DNA from: Marsupella aquatica | Taxonomy: Eukaryota; Plantae; Marchantiophyta | Direction: 5' to 3' | Assembly: GCA_973895155.1 (NCBI GenBank) | Contig: OZ316891.1 | Location: 21,628,513 to 21,692,512 of the forward strand | DNA: 64,000 bases | Shown here: one piece after another, positions 39,411 to 49,600 of the stretch | Layout: every line of letters begins with the position of its first letter | How positions within the stretch are numbered: the stretch's first letter is position 1 | Notes under the pieces: model-generated | Seen by the model: only the letters and a program-made list of their open reading frames with translations | Database searches by the model: none | What the model was told of the DNA's origin: nothing | Program-made: the position numbers and the translations under genes

Positions 39411-41521
39411 CACTAGAAGAAACCCACCCTTTCTGAGACCACAAAGAATGTGACTTGTCCGAGACCTTCATGAAACAGCGACTCCAAGGTTATTGGTGTC
39501 ATGTTAGTCACACCTTCTTGACTGAGTTTTGGTGAAGTTTTGAGGAGTCATGTTTACAACTTTTAGGGAAGTTGTAACTATAACTCAGTTAAGGCAATTA
39601 GGTTGAAGTCATACAAGCGACTCTACATTAGAGTACAACTTATGAGAGCACAACATTTGAGCCCTTCAACCTTAAAGTATGAGATCTAACCCAATACATA
39701 TGATTTTGGATACACCATATGTCATTCCACATAGATTTAATTCTAGTTTGGTCATACCATTTTAAACCATGCCATTACTGAGTATTCCATCATTATTCCT
39801 ACCCCCATCTAGACACCATGAAGCGCGCCCCAGCCCCATTCAACTGCAAAAAGGATTTGTCAAAGCTTGCTAACCTAACTTAATGCTTTTTGTAGTCAAT
39901 CTCTAATTTTTCTATCGACGTCTTCTGGTCGTGCCAAAGGCGTGCTTAATTATCACCCAATTTCAGCCTCACATATGTAGGTTGGGTTTACTTATTGCCA
40001 TGCCCCAGAAACCACCATGTTTCCCCGGCCCCCTTCATATATGACAACCAATGCATGCTTCATGTTCAATATAAGTCCAACTTAAATGTCCAACTTAAAT
40101 ATATATGATCAGCTCTTCACTACCCCAACCCTAAAAAAGTGTTCTTCATAATGGTAATGTGGGGTCATACCTGAATATTTGGCCACATTTTCACCAAAGG
40201 GGGTGGTTCAAAGTTGTGACTAACCACTCACCCCACATATAACTAAATTGCGTAAGTCCTTTGGTTTCAAAGGAAAAAACAAATTAGGCAAATCATAGAC
40301 TTTTGTGTCTCTTTTGTGAACTAATGTCTCCACTTCAATGGGAAGACAAGTGAGTGGTCTTCACGTTCGGCATTTCTCTCCCGCACAGGGTTTTGGGAAG
40401 GGTCTCCAAGGGAGTTGGTTTGCCTCAAGGGTTTGCAAGCCAAACGGAAGCTTTGCGTGCCATCGTCATTGAGCTGGTGGGAGGTCATCGAGGTCTTTGG
40501 AAGAGAGAGGTCGAATGCCTAGCGCTACCGGGTGAGGAAGTAGAGTATGGCAATGCTGCAACTTTAGGGATTTTATGACATCCTACTAACGACTGTTATT
40601 GGACCCGGCTTCCAGTTTTGGCGTTGCACTTTTTGAAGTTGAGGTTGGACCTTATTGCGGCCCGATGTGTATACACTCCTAGCCTTGCCGTCCTGAGCTG
40701 CGAAAGGGTTCTCGATTCTGTCCTTCTGCTTTCGTTGATCGTTGGGCAATGTGAGTAGTAGGAGGCGAGAAGAGCGAGTGTGTGTTGCATTGAGAAAAGG
40801 GAATGTGAGTAGTAGGCATCAAGAGTGATTGTGTGTTGCATCGACAATAGGCACTACGGGAAGCACTGTGAAGAGTTTGCGAGAATTTAATTCAACATTC
40901 AATAGACACTCATTCCTTGAAGCTAGGAGAGTGAATTCGATATTCAGTTGCAACTTGGGATCGAGAACCAGGAGCTTGTCACTTGGCTTGCATTTGGACT
41001 ATTCTTGCTGCGGATTGCTACGCAGCACGGCTTGGTGCTGCATCGCCCCAGGTAAAGCTGCAATCCCTATCTTTGCGGTCCTACGTCGCTGCAAGTTTAG
41101 TTGTCTCCCCACGGTCTTCTGAGCTTGGTGTCCATAGCTTACGGTGAGCATTGGAAGATCAACCTAGCGAGCATTGGAAGAGCGTTCGATCAAGTGTGGG
41201 TACAACATGCTGATACCTTTGAGCTGGGAGAGCTCAGAGAGTTGAGCTGCAAAGCTTGTAGTTGCGGACTCTATTTCAGTTTAGGCGAAAATGTTTTTGG
41301 TCTTTAGAGCTCATTGTAATGCAGATAAAAACTTTCAGTGTTTTTGGAGGTAAGTGAGTCTATAGAGGCGCTCAACAAACGCAAGGACCTGTTCTTGGGA
41401 GCAGAGAGCTGCAATACTGATCAACTGAAATTGGATGAGAGTGAGTCCAGGCCCTGCGGAGCTGAACTTAGCTGAATGACAAAGATTGAGCGTGCGCGGC
41501 TGAACTGAAGTGTGGCTCAAT
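39411..41521 (+). mobile_element. Second, diverged CACTA left end with its own non-coding leader
   Basis: CACTAGAAGAAA preceded by AGT (reverse complement of ACT); 39411-~39910 aligns by eye with 25918-~26405 with many substitutions, then diverges. Confidence 0.9.
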
Positions 41522-44419
41522 AGCACGGAAGGGGGACAGGTATGTCGGTGAATGTTCAGTTGTTTTCCTACAGTTTGTACTTAGTTTTCAGTACATATGT
41601 TTGCACACACATACCTAGAAAGTGACATCATCCGGCCCCTGTACTAGGCTGGACAGGTGGTCCAGGGTCGCAACAATTTCAGAGTGCAGTCCCTGCACAG
41701 GCATCTACAGGCAAAGCTACAGGTATGTATGTTTGAAGAATTTTTCTTGAAGTGAAGCATTGAATGTTGCCGTCATCCATTCTGCTATATGTAGTTCTCA
41801 AGCATGAATGGCATTGTATTTTCCCAGGTGGCTTCAGAACCCCAGGTAGGGTGAATGAAGGGGTGGCCAATACAACGCCCAATACTACCGAGAGCAGTGC
41901 ACGAGGGGAGGTGACAAAGAAAGGGAACGTAAAGTTGAATGAGAGACAATGGGTGGATGCTGAGTGTCCTTGCAAGAACCGATGGCATGCTGATTTGAAA
42001 GCTAAAGTATTGCGTTGGTTAGATGTGAGTGTTATTAATTTTAAAAAACAGCATCCAAAAGATTGGAAGACTGTATGTGAAAATGTTGCTGCCAAATGGA
42101 ATTATGTGGGCAGTGATGATGGCGTGGACATAGGTTGCCTAGAGAGTACAGCAGGTAAAATCATCAAGCAAGAGAGGTGGAGAATGCATAAGGCTTGGAA
42201 GGAAGGTGGGGAGAAGCCAGATATGCCTCCACCAGCCAGTTGTGATGATAAAGTGTGGGCAAGGTTAGTAGCTTATTTTGTAACAGATGCTTCAAAAAAG
42301 AAGAGTTCACAGATGACCGAGGCCAGGTTGAGTGTTCAGAATCCTAATCTGACAGGAAGGACCGGCACTGCACCGACAGCTAAACGTTTGGTAAGAATGA
42401 ATGGCCTAGCTATGTAATTTATGCTACACTATGTACTATTTTTTAGTGTAAACCCATACATGTAAACTTTGTTTTTTAGTGTACGTTCCCTGAATATTGA
42501 TCGATAACTTGTGTTTGCCATGCATGTGCAGAAAGCCCAATTGGGGCAAAGCCCTTCAAAAGAAGAGTTGAGGGCTGAAATTGTGAACACCCGGGCTCAA
42601 GAGGGTGCATCTGAATCCTCCAAGCATGTAAGTTATATGAGTTCTGATTGGTAATTGAATGACCTGCGTTGAATTTCAGGTGTACACTGTATATAACATT
42701 GATTGTGCATATATTGCCCAACATTTCATATGGAGTGATTGAACCTATACCCCTGTGTCATGTAGGGAGGTGGATCTTCACTTACAGAGATAAGTGGTCG
42801 TTTGAAGGCTATCGAAACATGTCTTCCAGAGATCAATGAACGTTTGAATTCATTGACTGACTTGTTCCATGTGAACTTCAAGACATTAATGGAAGCTTTT
42901 GTGTCGGTGAGAGATAAAATTGATTCCAATTCTGCAGGAGTTCCACCATCACCACTTGAGGTGGCAAAGTCGATGCACTCTTCTGGCATGCCAACGACAT
43001 GTAGGCTTGAAGGTAAGGCCTTTACAACTGTGTGGGATATGATTATTAAATGTATAGTTTGAATTGACATTGTTTGTTGAATGTGTTATTTTCAGTAACA
43101 TATATTGTGGTTGTTGTGTCCATAGAGAATAAGGCAGGTGCTACAGAGAAGAAGTATGAGAACCTGGCAAATACTCGCTGTAATTTAGAGGCAACAAAGT
43201 TGCAGTCTGTACAAGCAACTTGTTTGACAGAGGGCAGTCAACCATGTTTGGATGAGGATGACATTGGCAAGGGAGTGGATGATATCAATGTTGGGGCAAA
43301 TGAGGATATCAGCAAGCATGACAATGATACCATTGAGCCAGATTCATGCTATGTAGATCTTGACTCCATTGCAGAGATAAATGATTTGCAGAATGTATCA
43401 TTCTCAATGACAGGTGTGCCTCTTGTTGAGATAAATCCAACCAAAGAGTTAGTTGGTATGACACTCCCAGGTGATGAACCTGCTACTGTGACAGTCCTAA
43501 CAGAGGAACCTACTGAGCCTAGCTTCACTACTGTGAAGAGAGGAAGCATGCGCACACGAAGCAAGTCTGCTGGTGGGAGCAGAGCCACGTCAAAGGTTTC
43601 ATACAAACCTCCAAGAACAGTGCTGGTAGAAAGATCTAAGGTGGAAGTGGGGAAAGCACCTAATGCTGAGGGACAAAGTGGCTTGTTAGCTGTTGATGAG
43701 AGTGGAACACGAGTAGGATTTGCCAGAGTGCAGGTTGGTTCCACAACGTTCCATGGCAAGAGGATTCCCCCAGGTTATTCAGTAGTGTTAGTCACATTAC
43801 TAGTGAAACCTAAAGCTGTCCTTCCCATTTCAAACACAAATGATGATCCTCCTCAAAAGACACTTGGAGATGCTGCAGGTTCTTTGGTATTATGGCCAAG
43901 CAAGTTCATAGAGGATCCATAACAATGTCATGCCATTATTTGTTTGTAGTGTGAGTCATGTTATGTAGATTTTAGATGTCAAGAAGCAGTACAAGAATCA
44001 TGTCCTCTTGGAGATTCATAGTATCATGCATGTGCTTTCAGTTATCTCATCCTACAGTCATCAATTATGAGTTCCTGTTTTGTCTGAATTACATTGATCA
44101 CATTGTAAACTATTCCATTGGAATTCAAATGATCTTCATTTTTTAGCAAGATTGTGATTGTGTTTAATTCTTATGAATGTTTTATGTAGGATCTGCTTAT
44201 ATGATGCTTTGTTTCATGTGGATGTCATTCATGCTATGTTCATTTCTTGTATTCAATGTGTTATATTTCTAAAGTTAGAACATCAGGTTTCTATGTATTG
44301 TAATGTCAAGTGCTCTCTCTCCTTATGAACTGTCCCTCTGTGTTCATTAGTCATGGTTATAACTTGCATGTGAACCTTATTAGTTATAAACATGATTATA
44401 TAGAGTCCCAAATGGTTCT

Positions 44420-44777
44420 GTTGTGTGACGCGAGCCAGGGTCTCCATTGGTCTCTCCTGTGACACTAAATAGTCACACGCTAGTCATTGTTGAATGCGGG
44501 TAAGTCATGTATGTGACTTACGATGTGACTCGCTGAAGTTATATTGCAGTCACGTCGAAACAAGGCTAGACTCCACAATAAAGTCACAGATCAGTCACAA
44601 ATGGGTATCAAGCAAGTTGCAAAGCCCAGTATCAATAGTGACTTCCATTTTTTGGTCTCAACTTTTGCAACTCCAAGGGTCACAGCGTGGGTCAAGTCAC
44701 GTTGAGTCACAATGAAGTCACATGAGCCAAAATGAGTCACATATTGCGGTCTCAGTTCACCTCGAATTCTTCTAGTG
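44420..44777. repeat. CACTA right subterminal array of GTGACT/AGTCAC motifs (putative TnpA binding sites)
   Basis: >15 gtgac/gtcac motifs in both orientations next to the TIR. Confidence 0.8.
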
Positions 44778-46320
44778 GCAAGAGTCCTGAAAAGTGTGAC
44801 CCTTAGCAGCCCATAGATGTAGGGGAAAAGTGTGGGACCCAGGAACTAAACACAATCAAAAACAGCTTACGTGTAGGTGAAGTGCTTATTCAGTCGGATC
44901 TACTGCCATTTTTTGTATTCAAAGCTTTAAGTTTGGGACCTCAAGGGCCGGCCCTTGCCCTTGCATATCCTCCAAAGACGCAATCAGGACTGCCGGCTTG
45001 TCGCTTTGTTTGGGATGCCATGGGTTCATTTGAGGGCCGAAAATCAAAGGACTTTGCACATGCAAGACGGCCCTAATAGTGGTGGACATTGCAGGCTGGA
45101 CTGTAGGAAACCCCCGAGGAAACCTAGACTCCCTCTTTTGTGCTTTTGTGTAGGTCTTTGAAGCTCACTTAGCAACAGTGACACCTTGAAGCTGATATCA
45201 ATGTCAGTGTGCATTTACACCGTTTAATCGTAGTGCTTAGGTTTCAACTGTGCTTAGTTCTCTCAAGTCATGGAGCACACCTAGCCTGTTGTGTCAATCC
45301 ATAATTTGCACAATTAAGTACAGAACTAAGGTTACCCATGTTTAGTTACCATTTTCTAGAGGTCCGTGCTATTTCCATAATCTACTGCCCCAAAAGTCAT
45401 GATTGTTATCTTTATTCTGCACTAAATTATGTACTATACTGACGGTCTAAGCTTGGGTCCCAGAATGCTCAGGAAAACTTTTTGCTATAGCTGGTCAGTT
45501 TTTCTTTGTTCAATCCACTCATGTTCTCACAACCATTTCTCCCCCATCAGGCCCGAGCTCCTTCTGTGTGGGGGGGGGGAGGTCACTTCCATGGAAGTGG
45601 CATATCATGTGTGATGAAGGATAGGGCCATTTAAATGGATTTTGCGGAAAATATATTAAGTCTTCAAAGGAAATATAGGTCGGGTTCTTTAATAATTGCA
45701 ATAATTATGCATAGTTACATGTCATCAAATGAGTGGTGTTGTACAACTTTATATGAAGTGACTCAGGGGGTCATAAATGACCCTTGAAACCTTTGCATGT
45801 GATATAGGTACTCCATATAGTGAACCCCTGAGCTGCCGAGCAACCTTCCGCCCCTGGATATGATTGATATACCATATTGTATGTTTTACAGCCTCTTTCA
45901 ATGCCTACAGTAGAACTTACATTCTTTTTGGCAAGAGCAAAGAGTGCAGTACTTTGACACTTGAAGCGATTCTATTAGGATGTCTCAAAACCTGGCCATA
46001 CCAGGACAATGTCTTGGATCCCATGCATAAAATTAAGTTGTGGGAGCCAAACTTAATTTGGCTCCTGCGAGGAAAGCTTGTGGGTCCAACATTTAAGCAA
46101 TGACCTTAATAACTTTCCAATAACTTGACTAACAAATTCAGAAATCCAAAGATCTGGAAAATCTGTGATCAAAGGCACATGGGCTTGGGGCCTAATGGGG
46201 TAATGCTTGCTGCATTTGGGGGGCTGGTAATTCCAAGAATGAAAAAAAGTGGATATAGAGGCTATATGAGAGTGAGGTGAGGCTTTCACCCCGCCTTACC
46301 TGGCGGGTCAATGTTGCCTC

Positions 46321-46652
46321 TGTTAAGGATTGCTCATAGTCTTGTGACTCATAGGTTACAGCAATTAGCTTAACCACAGTTAGGGACTTAGCTGAGGTTA
46401 GGTTAGTCGTGTGTGTCCTTGCATATACCAGGGCTAGTGTAAGCCGCTGGTATGTAATGCTTCTTCATTGTAACGGAGCAACTTGAGGAAGAGAGAGAGC
46501 TTGTGTGTTCGAAGACTCTTGAAGTAAAGTTGTTGTGTTTGTGTGGACGTAGCCTTGGAGAAGAGGGGAACCATGTATGGATTGTGTTGACTATGTGAAC
46601 ATGGTATGAGTCATGATTGTATTGTAATAAAGGAAGATGCCATACTTCAACA
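46321..46652. mobile_element. Solo LTR, 332 bp
   Basis: TGTTAAG...CTTCAACA termini; TSD GCCTC/ACCTC (1 mismatch); internal GA run and AATAAA. Confidence 0.7.
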
Positions 46653-49600
46653 ACCTCCCCCCAGTTTTGAATTCCTTAACTAAGTCCTATAACCAGAGTT
46701 ACAGGATGGACAATGAATTTATAACTTTCGAGATAACTTTGAGCCATGGCACAGCTTTGAGATGCCCTATTGCATGAGAAATGGAAGCTTGACAAAATAG
46801 TGACCCAGTCTGCCCGAAACCCAAACGGCAGCTTCTTGGATATGATTTTGGCATGTAACTAGTTGCCAGTTTGTTTACAATGAGTTCTAATTTTAAGTGT
46901 TTAGTTCTGGCTGCCTATTGTATAGCAGAGGGCTCAAACATTCACTACTTTTGAGAAGGCCAAGACTGTTGCCTATTTAGGGCCTCTAGAGAGATTTATT
47001 TTCACAAGCTTGACATAAGTGGGAGTTTAATGAAAAAAAAGAACATGCAAGCCAAACTATTTGGTTCACACTCTTACTTGGCAGCTTAGATAGGTGGCCT
47101 GTGGAAGAGAGTGCACCAAATTTTCTAACTTACAGAAAATGATGGTCAAATTTCAGTTTGAAGGAAATAGAGCATCAGTCTTATCAAAACACCAAGTTGT
47201 TGAAAGAATTCAACAGCATGATAAAAACACCTTGGAGAACGAAAACATAGCTTGGGACTTCCAAAGGGTTTACATGAATGAGCCATGTTGATCCTAATGC
47301 TGACTCTAACTTACTGCTAACACCATCTTTCTTTAATTTCTGTGTAGTTTATTTCATAGTCATGAGTTCTAATTCCCTGGCTAGCCTGCCATAGGGAATC
47401 ACTCTGAGTAAAATCCCTGACCAAACCCTCCCTTATTATATTAGCCAGCTAGATTTAAGAAAACATGTCCAAATTCACATTCTGGCAAGCCTCACATGCA
47501 TGTACTATTACCTGAATTATTAAACTTTATACTATAAACGTTATACAAATGAGCTTAAAAAATATTAGTTACCACTTACTATATTGTGTAGAGTAATTAT
47601 TTAGGGCCAGTCTGGCTACGGGCTATGAGACTTTGCGCACCTTGGGTGTTGGAGATTCAGATGTAAGTTTGTCCAAAGAAAATAAGGGGAAAATACACTG
47701 GGGATCTACACTCTGTACTCTAGTTAGTGACATTGCAAAAATAGCGTGACACCCTAGTTAGAGACACTGCAAAAATAGTGTGACACACTAAAGAGTATAC
47801 GTGACACCAATATGTCAGTAGAGGAGTTCTCGAGCTCAAATAACAACCAGTCCGCCAAAGTCGGTGAGAACAGGGTCTTGTTGATTTGTGGGAGAACTAC
47901 AGTCCAGGTGGTAGTGCGTGGGTAGAGACGGTAGCTGACCGCCATGGATTTGAGTCCAGCGCGTTTTGAGTTGTCACAATTTTGGCGAAATCAGGAAAAG
48001 GGTCCGTGGACCGTGGTGCTAAACTACAATGATGTCAGACTGGCAAGCTTGCAATTCGGAGGGTCCACCACAAAGACAACTTTAGCAGGCTCTCTCTCTC
48101 TCTCTCTCTCCATCTCTCCAGCAGCGTGGGAGTCCCGTAATGCCCTTGCTTGTTATTTGTCTTCTCTGCCCGGAGCCCCGGAGAAGGGGGAAGGGATCAA
48201 ACATTGAAAACGCTACAGTATCCGACACAGATTATATCTACCTGGGGCAACGCACAAAAGGTCCATACAAGCCATTAAAACCAATTGTTAAAACGAGAAA
48301 CTTGTTTTGGAGTGGACCTGAATAGTTGATCCGGTATAAAGTACTGCCAACCAATCAAGCTGAGAAAAGTGAATTTGTTATGATTTGATGGAACTTCCAC
48401 ACTCCACACCTGAAATGGTTCGGCAATGCCGTAATGACGCCGACCTTTACCTCAATTTGCATTCTGTCGTGCGTGCGTCGAGTGAAATGAGTGGTTCTGT
48501 GCAAATAACAGTTCCCCAGCTTAGCATTTAATAATGGTCGGACTTTATTCACCACAAGACAAACAATGAAACATGTCTTACGATCCATCAACCGCTACTC
48601 TGATTTTGGATCGAGCGGAAATCTGTCATTCCACTAACTTCATGATCTGGTTTTAGGTTCAGCTCATGCAAGTGAGGTAACTTCCACGTTGATTGAGAAA
48701 CCTAATTTGTTTTTCCGTCTGTTCATTTTGGTGTCAGTGCGAATTGCGGAGTCGGATTCAGATACTGTATGATCCCTTATTTAATTAGCTGTCATGCCCA
48801 TCCCTCCACATTATTGCTTGCGTGTGCATGATAGCATTCCAACACTTCAATTGGCATTCTGATTAGTGGATGGTTTGATCTATGATTATTCCACTAACTG
48901 GTCCAGGAGCTAATCATGGCGATTCTAGTGCCCAAGTCAATTTTCACAGTCCACCATGGAATAGTCAACTTAACTTCCAACTTCCACCGTTCCACGAGAG
49001 GGAATCGAGTCGCCTAACGCGCTTCTGCGAATTTGTGGAGAAGACTACCAGATCTAATTAACCCTCGCTCTTATTTTCAGTTCATGACGTCGTGCTAACT
49101 TCATGGGCGTACTAAGATATGGACACATGTAAACAAAAAGCAGTCCTGTTGGCAGGTATCTTTGAAGTCGCGCATCAGCACATTTCGTTTTTTGCCGACG
49201 TAGGTCATTTGTTAGCTACGTTCTGTTCAACCCTGGGTCGGTTTAAACTTGATTGACTTGCTGTGAGTTGTATTCATGGTCTCATACAGAGTTACAGACC
49301 ATGAGCACAACCACATCCGGCTAAACTATTCCAACCATGTCAGTTGGCAGAGACTGTACGCTCGAATCTGCAGAGACTGTACGCCACGGTTGATGGTGAG
49401 AAGATTCAATCATGTGATCTCGATTTGACTATCACATCCTGATACACGGCGGGCGGAAATTGGAGCCTGTACTACTCTGTGAACGAATCTAGGGACCGCA
49501 TCATCTACCGTGAAAGGAGTGGAGGTCATATTCATTATATGAGAATTTGTATTTGAGGCTTTGTGTACTCGAATCTACTGTCCCCGTCGACAATTCTCAT

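Larger units (their letters stand above)
37463..43922 (+). pseudogene. TnpA: TnpA-like gene, interrupted. Exons ~37463-37688, 37828-38013, 38119-38153 (+39407-39389 reversed +41522-41539), 41648-41722, 41828-42390, 42532-42627, 42766-43012, 43126-43922
   Basis: All junctions are GT-AG with compatible phases; Ptta/En/Spm-type motif VWARLVAYF...KKKSSQMTEARLSV...GRTG; C-terminal TNP1-type motif FHGKRIPPGYSVVLV...LGDAAGSLVLWP; 5' part lost by deletion. Confidence 0.85.
25918..44777 (+). mobile_element. CACTA/En-Spm DNA transposon (18,860 bp) with cargo genes and a nested family member
   Basis: Termini CACTAGAAGAA...TTCTTCTAGTG; 3-bp TSD GCA (25915-25917, 44778-44780); GTGACT/AGTCAC subterminal repeats; TnpD- and TnpA-type coding regions inside. 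Confidence 0.95.
25899..45073. mobile_element. Tourist/PIF-Harbinger-like MITE (~312 bp) split by the CACTA insertion; pieces at 25899-25917 and 44781-45073
   Basis: Removing the CACTA and one GCA restores left TIR GGGTTGTCTTGCATGTGCAAGAGTCCTG, matching the reverse complement of CAAGGACTTTGCACATGCAAGACGGCCC; TAA on both sides (25896-25898, 45074-45076). Confidence 0.8.

Noticed and set aside
39411-44777. Independent intact CACTA element
   Set aside because: Flanks AGT and GCA do not form a TSD; the termini pair with other ends, as in the inversion model.
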